NCBI GenBank assembly: GCA_963760795.1
Contig: CAVXEP010000019.1
Span: 128,001-192,000, forward strand
DNA from: an uncultured delta proteobacterium
Lineage (GTDB): Bacteria; Desulfobacterota; Binatia; UBA9968
Reading direction: 5' to 3'
Length of the DNA stretch: 64,000 nucleotides
The notes beneath the pieces are model-generated. The model was given only the letters and a program-made list of their open reading frames with translations. It was not told the origin of the DNA and ran no database searches. Numbering within the stretch: the first letter of the stretch is position 1; every line of letters starts with the position of its first letter. Positions 21,220 through 31,637 of the stretch are shown in pieces. Made by a program: the position numbers and the translations under genes.

Positions 21220-22251
21220 TTGGAGGTAAACGTGCATTTCACAGGCAAGCACTGGATAATTTACGCGAGCGTTTTTCTAATGGTGATGCTGGCGATGCTC
21301 TCGGCACCGCAGGCTCAGGACAAGCTGCTGATCTCCTACGGAGGTCATAATGAGACCGTCGGTCCCATGTGGGTCGCAGTGGACAAGGGCATTTTCAGGA
21401 GATACAGCCTCGACGTGAACATGCTCCAGGTGCGCAACGGCCAGATCAGCTTAACGGCAGTGATGGCAGGGGATGTTCAGGCCTTTTGGCCCGCGGTTTC
21501 TTCGGTCATCAGCGGCGTCTCCGGAGGAGCAAAGCTCGGCTGCGTCGCCAGTCCCTTCAACAAGATCGCGCGGGAGCTGATCGTGCGACCGGAAATCGAC
21601 TCGCTTGCCGCCCTGCGGGAGAAAATCTTCGGGGTGCAGAGCATCGGCGGCGGCTTCTGGTTGCAAACCATGATCGTTTTGGATCGGCTCGGCGTCGATG
21701 CCGACAAGTACAAATTGCAGATGCGTGTGATCGGCGACGAACCGACGATTCTCCAAGCCCTGCTCGCCTCGAACATCGACGCGGCGGTGATCACCCAGGC
21801 TTCAGCCGCAGTGGCAAAACGGGCCGGTTTACGCTCCCTGGCGAATACCACGGAGCTGAAGGTTCCTTATCAAGGAGTGGGAATCTGTACGCGCAGCGAC
21901 CGAATCGCTAATTCGCCGGACCTGATCATGCGCTTGGTAAAAGGCATGGTCGAGGGCGTGGTGTTTATTCAAAGCCCGCGCAACAAACGGGAGGTCATGG
22001 ATGTGCTCAAGAAGCATCTCCGGCTGAGCACAGACCAGGACGCCGAGACCTCTTACAACGCATTGCGCACGGTGTCTTCCCTCGACGTCGCCCCCGATCC
22101 CGAGGCTTGGAAAAATATTCAAAAGTATGTTGCCCGAGTGACTCCTAGAGTCGGCCAGTTGGATATTCATCAGATCATCAATGGTAATTTCGTCAAGACG
22201 CTCGAAGAAACCGGCTTCGTCGCCGAAGCTAAAAAGCGCCACGGACTCTAG
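21220..22251 (+). CDS. NitT/TauT family ABC substrate-binding protein
   Basis: signal peptide, PMWVAVDKGIFRRYSLD, C-terminal NFVKTLEETGF. Confidence 0.85.
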   Translation: MEVNVHFTGKHWIIYASVFLMVMLAMLSAPQAQDKLLISYGGHNETVGPMWVAVDKGIFRRYSLDVNMLQVRNGQISLTAVMAGDVQAFWPAVSSVISGVSGGAKLGCVASPFNKIARELIVRPEIDSLAALREKIFGVQSIGGGFWLQTMIVLDRLGVDADKYKLQMRVIGDEPTILQALLASNIDAAVITQASAAVAKRAGLRSLANTTELKVPYQGVGICTRSDRIANSPDLIMRLVKGMVEGVVFIQSPRNKREVMDVLKKHLRLSTDQDAETSYNALRTVSSLDVAPDPEAWKNIQKYVARVTPRVGQLDIHQIINGNFVKTLEETGFVAEAKKRHGL

Positions 22252-22379
22252 GGGTATGAAAGCGCGCCGAGCAAAAGTGCCAGGTTCAATACCTCGTGGT
22301 CGGGGCATGGTCGGAGTCGTGCAGTAGCTGGGGTCAGGGCTTGCTTTGTAAACGAATGAATCGTGTTTCCAATCGCTGG

Positions 22380-22610
22380 GGGTTGATTCCCCGCAGCTTG
22401 GTGCGCTTTGAGTCCGACGTAGGATGGGTGGAGTCCTTCGACTTGGCTCAGGATAGACTCCGCGATACCCATCATTCCGAATGGTGGGTATCGGTGCTTT
22501 GCACCTCCGCCCACCCGACAATTCCATCCGAAGTGCGTTGCTTCGATACCCCGTAGCTTGCTGCGGGATAGTTCCATTTCGTTCAAAAGGTTCCAACCGT
22601 TCAAGAGCTT
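22380..22610. repeat. cluster of REP-like / IS200-IS605-end-like hairpins
   Basis: gtaggatgggtgga, gatacccatc...tgggtatc, cttcgacttggctcagga, ccccgtagcttgctgcggg. Confidence 0.5.
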
Positions 22611-22757
22611 TGAAAGCCAGCCTTAGTCACGAGGAATGGCCGAAATTGTTGTTCCCGTCGTTCCGCTGGGAGACACTAACTAAATGTTCACCAGCGCCGC
22701 TGGTCGTGTTATGGATAGCTTCATCCTCATTGCCAGCCATGCCAGGAAGGAGTAGCC

Positions 22758-23919
22758 ATGCGCGACGGTTTTAAGATTTTCGATTCGGACACGCACCTCA
22801 ATCCTTTGGCCGAAACTCTGGAGCCCTACTTCGATGCGGCCATGCTCAAGCGGCTGCCGGAGTGGGCGAGCTGCAAGGTGCCGTTTCGCACTGGCTGGGC
22901 CGGCGAGATTCTCGAACCGCCGTATCGGCACCGTTACCAGTTCAAGAAAAGAAGCCGGCTGGCGTGAGCAGCTGCGTATTCTTGGCGAAGCGGGACCGCG
23001 GGAGCATATCGAGCCGCACTTTCCGAAGTTCATGGGGAGCCGCTTTCCGACGCCCGGCGGGTCGGATCATGACGCTGACGCGCGCATCCGGGACATGGAC
23101 GAGGAGGGCGTGGACGTTCAGCTGATGCTGCCCGGACTGCCGCCGGCCACGGACGAGGTCGAGATTGAGATCGGGTTTATTCGGGCCAACCACCGCTTTA
23201 CCGATGACTTCTGCGCTAAGCAGCCGCATCGTCTGAAGTCTCTCATCGTCGTCAGCAGCAGAGCGATCGAAGCATCCGTGCAAGAAATCAAAGCCTGGGC
23301 GCGCGCGCCCTGGGCCGCAGGCATCCATCCCAATTTGGCAGAGGGCGTTCCCATCGACCACCCGGACCTGGAGCCGATCTGGGCCGCGGCCAATGACGCC
23401 GGACTGTGCGTGGCGCATCACAGTTTCACTGCCGGCTATCCCGGCTATCGCGATCTCTGGGACAACCCGTTCATCGGCCGGACGGCATCGCATCCGTGGG
23501 GCGCGATGAGAGCAATCACTGCATTCTTCGGTGCCGGGATCATGGATCGGTATCCGAACATTCGCTACTGCATTCTTGAGTCCGGATTCGGCTGGCTACC
23601 GTTTTGGGCCGCGCGGATGGACGATCAATGCGAATACATGGCTTACGCCCTGCCGAAGAATCTCGCTCGCAAACCCAGCGAATACATGACCAGTGGGCGC
23701 TTCTTCGCCAGCGTGGTGATCCACGAAGGCGAGAAGATGGCGCGCATGGTCACCGACTTCCTCGGCGACAATGTCTTGATGTATTCGTCCGATTACCCCC
23801 ACGCTGAATCCCGCTTTCCCGAGTCCACGAACAAGGTGCTGGGGTGGAAATCTTTGGGAAACCAGGTCATGGGAAAAATGCTCTGGGACAACGCGACCCA
23901 ATGCTTCGGCGCGCCCTAG
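22758..23919 (+). CDS. amidohydrolase_2 family protein (indel near 22950)
   Basis: FDSDTH, RIRDMDEEGVDVQ, ILESGFGWLPFW and SSDYPH. Confidence 0.85.
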
Positions 23920-24072
23920 AAACTTTTCGACAATTTCGAGACCACTCGATAGGTGATCAGGATCAGCCGTCTAGAGTTCTAATACAGACTAGCAAGAGTT
24001 GTTTGACGGCTCTCAGAGTGGATGATATGAGCGGCCATTGAGATCTATGAGTCAGGTAAAGAGGGAACTTTC

Positions 24073-25173
24073 ATGTACCGTCGCCTGATTGGCAGCACAT
24101 TATTTCTCGCCTTAAATCTCTGCAGCCCAGCAGTAACTCTGGCCGCCTCAGCTAGTTCATGGGATTCGATTCTGGCCAAAGCACGGACCGAAGGAAGTGT
24201 CACAGTTTCCGGTCCGGGGACAGCGGATGCCCGGCGTTCCCTAACCAAGCCGTTCGAAGATCGTTACGGTATCCGGGTGGAATACGACGGTGGCCGGGGT
24301 TCCGATCAGCGCACCCTGATCATCAACCAACGGGCGGCTGGAATACATCAAACCGATGTGTGGCTCACCGGTTTCGGTACAGTCGAGGGCCTCGACGTAC
24401 GGGCGTTTTTTGAGCCTCTGGAACCGCTCTTGCTCCTTGCCGACGTGAAAGCCACCCAGACTTGGCTCAATGGACATTTGTGGTACGACGCCAAGGATCG
24501 GCGAATCTTTGGACATGCCGCGAGACTGTTTGGCGGTCTTGCCGTGAATCCCCAGAACGTTAGGGGTGAAGTGATAAAGTCATTCAAAGACCTGCTGAAA
24601 CCGCAGTACAAAGGTAAGATTATTTCCGATGATGCGAGAGTTGCCGGAGTCGGCCAAGGTTTTTTCACCTACCTTTATATGGGCAAGGAGTTAGGCTTTG
24701 GGCCAAACTATATCAAGAGACTGATTGAAGAGCAGGATGTCACCTTTACTCGGAACGCTAGGCAGGCGGCCGACTGGATCGCCAACGGGCGCTATTTGTT
24801 CTGGCCTGCCCCCGATACCCGGCCGGTTGCCGAACTGCAGGGGAAAGGAGTGCCCATCGAGCACCGCTGCCTGGAAGATGGCCAGTGGCTCTCCATGGGC
24901 AGCGGTGGCGTCGGGGTGTTCACCAAGGCACCGCACCCGAGCGCAGCCGTCATTTATCTGAACTGGTTACTGAGTAAGGAAGGACAGGCGAATTATGCCG
25001 AAGGGGGAGACACGGCGAGTCGCAGGGTCGATGTGCCGGCAAAAATTTCCTCGTGCTTTGTGCCGAAAGCGGGCAAGAATTATTTCTGGGTCGACAGAGC
25101 GGACGCGCTTGAGATGCGAAAACCAGGCGGTGAATTGGTGCAGTTTTTAAAAACCGTCTACACGAGAAATTGA
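24073..25173 (+). CDS. extracellular solute-binding protein (Fe3+/polyamine-type ABC)
   Basis: signal peptide, DLLKPQYKGKI and APHPSAAVIYLNWLLSKEGQ. Confidence 0.85.
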   Translation: MYRRLIGSTLFLALNLCSPAVTLAASASSWDSILAKARTEGSVTVSGPGTADARRSLTKPFEDRYGIRVEYDGGRGSDQRTLIINQRAAGIHQTDVWLTGFGTVEGLDVRAFFEPLEPLLLLADVKATQTWLNGHLWYDAKDRRIFGHAARLFGGLAVNPQNVRGEVIKSFKDLLKPQYKGKIISDDARVAGVGQGFFTYLYMGKELGFGPNYIKRLIEEQDVTFTRNARQAADWIANGRYLFWPAPDTRPVAELQGKGVPIEHRCLEDGQWLSMGSGGVGVFTKAPHPSAAVIYLNWLLSKEGQANYAEGGDTASRRVDVPAKISSCFVPKAGKNYFWVDRADALEMRKPGGELVQFLKTVYTRN

Positions 25174-25233
25174 CGATGGACGATTGGTCGCGAAAATAGA
25201 AACTTTACTGGCGCAGTCGAGAGGAGAATACCT

Positions 25234-26325
25234 ATGGGGCTGATCATCGATGCTGATACGCATGTCGCGGAGTCCGAACATATGTGGGCGTTGTTGGAGA
25301 AGGAGCTCCACGCTCGACGGCCGATCATGATGCAAGTTCCCGACGACACCGTTTACGGCTCGAGCAATGCTTTTTGGTTGATCGACGGTAACATCGTGCC
25401 CAAGCCCGCCGGCAGAGGCGGCAACCGGCTGATTACACCCTCGGCATCCAAGAAGGAGTCATCGAGGACGGACATACCTATAGAATCCAGAGAAATGAGC
25501 GCGCCGAGTTTGCGCCTGAAAGACATGGACAAGCTCCACGTCGATGTCCAGGTAGTCTACCCGACGCTTTTTCTAGTTTATTTGACCGACGACGTGCAAT
25601 TAGAAATTGGCTTGTGCAAGGCCTACAACCGCTTCATGAGCGAGGCTTGCTCGAGCGACGGCAAGCGCTTGAAGTGGGTGGCCGTCCTACCGCTGCGGTC
25701 CGTTGATGAGTCGCTCAAGCAGATGAAGTGGGCCAAGGATCATGGCGCCGTGGGGTTGTTTTTCCGCGGCCTTGAGAAGGACCTCAACTTGGACGATCCT
25801 TATTTCTTCCCAGTATACCAGGCGGCCATGGATCAGGATCTGGCCATTTGTATCCATACCGGGGCCGGCTCACCGGTGATGTCGAGCCTCTTCAACGTAG
25901 ACCGTCATTCAGTATTTTGCCATGGCCGGCTACTTCCCTTGATCGCTTTCAGAAACCTGGTGGCCAATCGGATACCGGAGCTTTTTCCGAAACTAAGATT
26001 CGGCTTCATCGAAGCTTCCGCCAGCTGGGTACCGTTTCTCCTCCATGCCTTAAGACGACAGTTCCGCGGGCGATGGTCGGAGTTGTCGAGCGCCGAACTG
26101 TTTCACAAATACCGCTTCTACGTGGCTTGCGAGGCCGACGAGGACGTTGCGTACCTATCTCATTATATCGGCGAAGAAAATCTGATTATCGGCTCGGATT
26201 ACGGCCATAACGATCCTTCGGAAGAAGGCGACCTTGTGGGGACGATAAAGGCTCGTGAAGATATCCCGCTGCACCTGGCGGAAAAAATTCTTTCCGATAA
26301 TCCCAAACGATTATATAACTTGTAG
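25234..26325 (+). CDS. amidohydrolase_2 family protein
   Basis: IDADTHVAE, DVQVVYPT, FIEASASWVP and GSDYGH. Confidence 0.87.
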   Translation: MGLIIDADTHVAESEHMWALLEKELHARRPIMMQVPDDTVYGSSNAFWLIDGNIVPKPAGRGGNRLITPSASKKESSRTDIPIESREMSAPSLRLKDMDKLHVDVQVVYPTLFLVYLTDDVQLEIGLCKAYNRFMSEACSSDGKRLKWVAVLPLRSVDESLKQMKWAKDHGAVGLFFRGLEKDLNLDDPYFFPVYQAAMDQDLAICIHTGAGSPVMSSLFNVDRHSVFCHGRLLPLIAFRNLVANRIPELFPKLRFGFIEASASWVPFLLHALRRQFRGRWSELSSAELFHKYRFYVACEADEDVAYLSHYIGEENLIIGSDYGHNDPSEEGDLVGTIKAREDIPLHLAEKILSDNPKRLYNL

Positions 26326-26565
26326 AAATTTTTTGGCTGATGATTCTGCTGGGAAACTTGGAGGCCGGGTTCGGTTGGGAGAGGTGTGGCCATTGTAGCG
26401 CTAGCCAGCCGCTCATCCGCTGGGTTCTTCGCACTCACGCAAGTGATTGAGTTGACGCCGGGGCGGTGTATTCGCGATTGAGATCTAACGCCAAGGAAAC
26501 AGGGCCATCCAGATCACCATGCAGTTTCCCACCGGGACATTCGTCTCGGAGGTGAAGTCCGACAG

Positions 26566-28296
26566 ATGTCCCTTCGTAGGCCAGCTGAAAGAGCGAGAGA
26601 TTTTCATCTGTTCGCTAGACTCAATGGCACCACCCTGGGCTTCGCATTACTGATAGCGGTCATCGCTTGCTTCACGGCATACCCAATCGGTCTGCTTTTT
26701 TTGGGCAGTTTCCAGGTCAACCCACTCGGACAACCGATCGCTTGGGGGCTAGAAGGGTGGCGCATGGCGTTTGGCGACGCCGCGGTGCCGAAAGCACTCT
26801 GGAACACTTTTATCCTCGGCTCTGCTCGCGTCGCGATTACCACGGTCTTATCGGTTTTTTTCGCCTGGGTGATTACCCGAACGGACACACCGGGAAAGAA
26901 CTTTATCGAGTTCATGCTCTGGCTCGGATTTTTTCTGCCTTTGCTGCCGATGACGTTGGGATGGATATTATTGTTGGATCCCAACTATGGCCTTATCAAT
27001 AAGCTGGCGGTGGATTGGCTCGGAATGTCCCGCGGCCCTTTCAACATATATACCTACGGCGGCATTGTTTGGGCCCATCTCGCCTTTAGCACCTGCGTGC
27101 GCTTTATACTTTTGACACCCGCCTTCAAAGCGCTCGACGCGACTTTGGAGGAGGCGGCTCAAGTGGCCGGCAGCAGCGCGCTTACCACGCTAATGCGGGT
27201 GACCGTTCCGGTACTGCTGCCCGCGGTCTTGGCGACGACGATGTTGAGCTTCATCAAGAGCTTGGAGTCGATGGAAATCGAGATCGTGCTGGGCGTTCCC
27301 GCGCGCATTTTCGTGTTCTCAACGTTAGTGTGGGACTACGCGCACTTTCAGCCGCCGGCCTACCACGCTGCGACGGCGCTGAGCAGTATTTTTCTCGTCG
27401 CCGTCTTTGGTCTCATCTGGTTGCAACGGATTATGCTCGGCGGCCGGGATTACACAACGGTTGGCGGTCGCAGTTATTCAGTTCGGGTCCAGAGCATCGG
27501 GCGCTGGCGTTGGGTCACCTTCGGCGTTTGCATCGCTTTCATCTTTGTCATGATCGTCTTACCGATGGCTGTCCTGATCTTGGGGACGTTTATGAAAGCG
27601 TTCGGCTATTTCTCAATTCCCGAGCCATGGACTGTCAATAACTGGTCAGGCGCGTTTGCCGACCCGATCCTATTGCGCTCCTTGCGTAATACCTTGATTT
27701 TGGGGGCGGGAGCGGGTGGATTGGGCGCGCTGGTTTACGCAATCCTGGGCTATAACATTGTCCGCTCCCGACTCATGGGTCGCCATGTGCTGGACTTTCT
27801 CGCCTGGCTGCCATGGGCATTGCCCGGCGTGCTGATCAGCTTGGCGCTACTATCGGCGACATTGGGTATCGGCAAGGCGGTAACGCCGATCTACGGAACG
27901 CTTTATCTGCTGATCTTGGCGATCATTATCAAGGAACTGCCGTTGGGCACGCAGATCTCCAAAGCCAGCGTCATGCAAATCGGCAAAGAACTCGAAGAGA
28001 GTTCGTTTGTCAGTGGCGCTTCCGGCGCCCGAACCTTCGGTAAGATCGTTATTCCGATCTTACTGCCGGCGATTTTAGCGACCGCTCTAGTGGTATTTGT
28101 CTCAGCGGTACGCGACATCCCCGTGGTACTATTGCTTTCTTCGCCATCGTCGAGGCCGCTCTCTCTGCTGATGTTGGATTACATTGGGGGTGCCGAAACC
28201 GAAAAGGCTACGGTGATCGGAGTTTTCATCGTGATTATCATTGTCGTTGCTGCTTTAATGGTCCGTTTCCTCGGCCTCAGAAAACATATCGACTAG
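26566..28296 (+). CDS. FbpB-type ABC transporter permease (duplicated EAA domains)
   Basis: about 12 TM; LEEAAQVAGS and ELEESSFVSGA loops. Confidence 0.9.
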   Translation: MSLRRPAERARDFHLFARLNGTTLGFALLIAVIACFTAYPIGLLFLGSFQVNPLGQPIAWGLEGWRMAFGDAAVPKALWNTFILGSARVAITTVLSVFFAWVITRTDTPGKNFIEFMLWLGFFLPLLPMTLGWILLLDPNYGLINKLAVDWLGMSRGPFNIYTYGGIVWAHLAFSTCVRFILLTPAFKALDATLEEAAQVAGSSALTTLMRVTVPVLLPAVLATTMLSFIKSLESMEIEIVLGVPARIFVFSTLVWDYAHFQPPAYHAATALSSIFLVAVFGLIWLQRIMLGGRDYTTVGGRSYSVRVQSIGRWRWVTFGVCIAFIFVMIVLPMAVLILGTFMKAFGYFSIPEPWTVNNWSGAFADPILLRSLRNTLILGAGAGGLGALVYAILGYNIVRSRLMGRHVLDFLAWLPWALPGVLISLALLSATLGIGKAVTPIYGTLYLLILAIIIKELPLGTQISKASVMQIGKELEESSFVSGASGARTFGKIVIPILLPAILATALVVFVSAVRDIPVVLLLSSPSSRPLSLLMLDYIGGAETEKATVIGVFIVIIIVVAALMVRFLGLRKHID

Positions 28297-28585
28297 CGTC
28301 GCGTCACTCGGAATGGCAATTCGTAACGCCGCCGGCGCTGGGCAGGCGGTCAAAGCATGGGGGCTACTATCGATGGGTTGACCAGCAAGGTGTTGGCGCG
28401 GATACCCCGGAGACAAGGGCTTGGGGAAATAGCTGTAGCGAAACGCGACCAAATGCTTCGGCGCGCCCTAGAAGGTTTTCGGCAATTTTGAAGACTATAT
28501 TATTGGACAGCCAGTTCCAGACGATCCAAATGTTCCCGACGTTCAACCGCTTCGCTCCGTGCAAAAGGAATCCGGCGATTTTATG

Positions 28586-28696
28586 TTAACCCCGCCTCTT
28601 GAGGCGGGCCAACTAAATGGGGTTTCCAAAGGGGGCGAGCATCCCCTTTGGTCAAGGGCGGGGTTAAATCCCCGCCCGCGAAGTGACTTCGTTTAA
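28586..28696. mobile_element. MITE/REP-like composite hairpin element
   Basis: three stems: cccgcctc-tt-gaggcggg, ccaaagggg..cccctttgg and gggcgggg..ccccgccc; TTAA at both ends. Confidence 0.45.
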
Positions 28697-29598
28697 CGTT
28701 GGCCGCGAAGCTTATCTAAGCGTACGAAAATAATTATCGCGAGTGCAATTAACAGTGCGACGACAATCACCAGTCGGTAATTATTGACGGGTGCGGGTGG
28801 CTCTTCCCAACTGGGAACAGTCGCCAAATTAGTCTGGAACTTTGCCTTTGCAAAATCGTAGACATAAACGTTTTGCCACTCAAAGCAGTGGATTGGCTTG
28901 GCGAAATCTAGGTTTTCTCTTCGTGTTTCCGACGGAACATCGCTTGCCTTATAGATGCAGGTCTTGAACTCCAGCGCGACGTTTCTGACGCCGCTGCCGG
29001 TGACGAACGCGCCGGCGGGATAGTCGGCCATATAGACAACCGGCGCTTTCGGTTTCATCACGCCGTAGTATTTCTGCGTCCGGTTGTCGTAGGAGCCGGG
29101 TTTGTTCCAGCGCAATAAATAAAATCTACCGTAGTCAGGATCGCTGTTGTAGGCGGGATCGGTGTCCTGCGAATCGATCACCCATTGGCGAAAGCAAAAA
29201 GGAATCTGCTCGCCGAAGCTTGCAACGGTGTCGCTGACGATCCGTACGGATCTTTGCCTTCGCGATTTTTCGCGCGTTTCAAAAACGCAGCCTTTCTTGA
29301 ATTGTACGATGACGTATTTCTCCAGCGCGGCCACGACATCGGTTTCATATTCCATGATCACGCCATTGCCGTAGGTCGGATGATCGGGGTTATCGCTGAA
29401 CCAAATCTCGTTCACCGCCTTGGTCAAGGTAAATCTTTTGAGATCGCAGCTGTCGGTCGCGTGGCAGTCCGGATTCAAGAAGACCTGCTGAGTCTCCGAG
29501 AGCGTGTGCACATGGCCTATGCCGGTAAAGTCTGCATAAGAAATACCGGCTAGTAATGAGAACAGCAGGATGCATGAAAAACAGAGGAATCGCTTCAT
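28693..29598 (-). CDS. hypothetical secreted protein with C-terminal membrane anchor
   Basis: signal peptide, several Cys, Pro-rich linker, C-terminal TM and basic tail. Confidence 0.7.
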   Translation of the reverse strand: MKRFLCFSCILLFSLLAGISYADFTGIGHVHTLSETQQVFLNPDCHATDSCDLKRFTLTKAVNEIWFSDNPDHPTYGNGVIMEYETDVVAALEKYVIVQFKKGCVFETREKSRRQRSVRIVSDTVASFGEQIPFCFRQWVIDSQDTDPAYNSDPDYGRFYLLRWNKPGSYDNRTQKYYGVMKPKAPVVYMADYPAGAFVTGSGVRNVALEFKTCIYKASDVPSETRRENLDFAKPIHCFEWQNVYVYDFAKAKFQTNLATVPSWEEPPAPVNNYRLVIVVALLIALAIIIFVRLDKLRGQR

Positions 29599-29676
29599 TG
29601 AGTCGAGATCCTTTACTTGCGCCCAGGATATTTCACTTCAGTGCTTGCTAAGTCGAGATCCTTCGCTTTCTCAGGA

Positions 29677-29710
29677 TGACCTGACCTCAGCTTTAACTGA
29701 GGTCAGGTCA
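29677..29710. terminator. perfect 14-bp stem hairpin at the stop of the APC permease
   Basis: tgacctgacctcag-ctttaa-ctgaggtcaggtca; no clear U tract. Confidence 0.4.
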
Positions 29711-31547
29711 ATTGCAGATCATCAGGTGGCAGTCTCTCGGCAATTTCTTCATCAACCCTTTGATCACATGGCCGCGCAGCATGTGGTAGAAGGCTGAGCG
29801 GCGCGATGCGCCGATGATCACTGAATCGACGTCGAGGACTTTGGCGGCGTTGGCGATCGCTTCGGCGGCGTTGTGCGACACCGACCAGATTGGCAGGATC
29901 TCGATTCCTTTATCGCGCACGGCCTGTAACACCGTTTTTAGAGTTTGGACTCCCTGTTCATTGGGCGCATGGGGCGTGTTCCCGGCAAACAAACCGGGCC
30001 ATTCTTCCACGTAAATGCAATAGAGCGCCGACTCTCCCTTGCCTTTTACGCGGGTGATCGCTTCTTGCACCAAACCGGGGCTCTGATCACGCAATGCCAA
30101 TAAGGTTGACGACGAGTAGAGCGGCTTGACGTCAACCGCCTCTGATAGTGTCATTAACCCTTTCAACTCATCTTCCACCAGGTTTTCCGACGCGTGGTAG
30201 GCGCGCGCTTGTAGACGCTGAATAAAAGGAACCTGCACCAGAATGTCGAGGAACCACGCGCGGCGGACACCGACAGCGGTAAGCATGCCGATCAACGTGA
30301 TCGCGCCACCGAAGTAAGTGGCCAGCGGTTTCTCCACGATATTGATCGCCCAGGCCACCGCGACCATCAACGTCGTGAAGACGCCGATCCAGAATCCAAG
30401 ATCGCGTCGGCCGAGCCTCCATCGAATAGAATCGAGACTCAATGATGAAAAAACAAAGGCGCCGAGTAGTCCGAAGGCATACATATCGCCCAAGATCTTC
30501 ATTTGTCCGCCCGACCCAACGATAACGAGCATCGGTAGGGAGAGTTGCCAGGACGACGGCAATATGCGGTGAATTAAACGCATTGTTGCGAAGCGCGATG
30601 ACTCGCGGCAAAAAACCGCCATTCACCAGGGCGAGAAACACATGGTAGGAGCCGATGATCGCGGTGTTGGAGGCGAACAGCAGTAAGCTTGAAGCGGTCA
30701 AAACCACAGCGAGCTTGAGGCCCAGGCCGCCGACGATCATGCCCAATTGCGATATGAATCTCTCGCTCTCGGTCGCCTTGAAGTGCTCGGGCAAGAGGCC
30801 GATGGACAGAGCGGTGAGGACCGGCGCAGTGATGACCATGGTGACTATCACCGCTGTCATGGCCCAGCGAGTAGTGCGCCGCAGGGGAAATTTCATAGTT
30901 GGACTCAACTGGCTGATGCTTTCCAAACCGGAAAACGCCAGCCAAGCCGAAGAAAATCCGACCAGCAGCTCATAGTGAGAGATTTCTTTGCCGGTGCCTA
31001 GACGGCTGAGAACCGTGCTCCACTGTGCGCCGTCCATGGTGATCAACGCAATGGCGATGACTACCATGTTGACGAAAAACGAAGCGCAGGCCATGACCAT
31101 CGCCACGGTGGCGCTCTCGCGAATGCCGACGATGTTGAGCGCGGCCAAGACTCCGACGCCCGTACAGGCGAGCAAAACGATATGGGCGTCCAACGCCGGG
31201 AAGGCGCTGCCAACATATTGAAAGCCCGCAACCGCCGAGATCGCGGTGGTCAGAAAATAGTCCACCGTGATCAGCATGCCGCCCAGGCAGCCCCAAATCG
31301 GGCCGAAGGCTTTGGTCGTGATCGTCACTACGCCGCCACCCTCGGGGTTGCGCCAGGAGATTTCGATGTATTTAAGCGATAGCAGGATGAAGCCGCCGGT
31401 GGTCAAGAGCACAAAAAACGGCGTAGCGTCTTTGACATGACCGTAAAGAATGCCCGGGACATAGTAAACCGAGGTGCCGATATCGCAGAACACCACTGCC
31501 CAGGCCAAAAACCAATTGAGTTGCCGAGTATCGCGGGTCGGTTTCAT
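29708..31547 (-). CDS. APC-family permease with C-terminal USP-like domain, paralog 2 (indel near 30540)
   Basis: AVVFCDIGTSVYY, PEGGGVV, AFSGLESISQL and GASRRSAFYHMLRGHV; collinear with 31638..33476. Confidence 0.85.
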
Positions 31548-31637
31548 AGAATGTCGACGAAGGATCGTTTAGGAATAGATGCCCACCGACGATAAGGCAA
31601 GCGTGATTGTGAACGTCACGAAAGCGCGCGAAGGATG

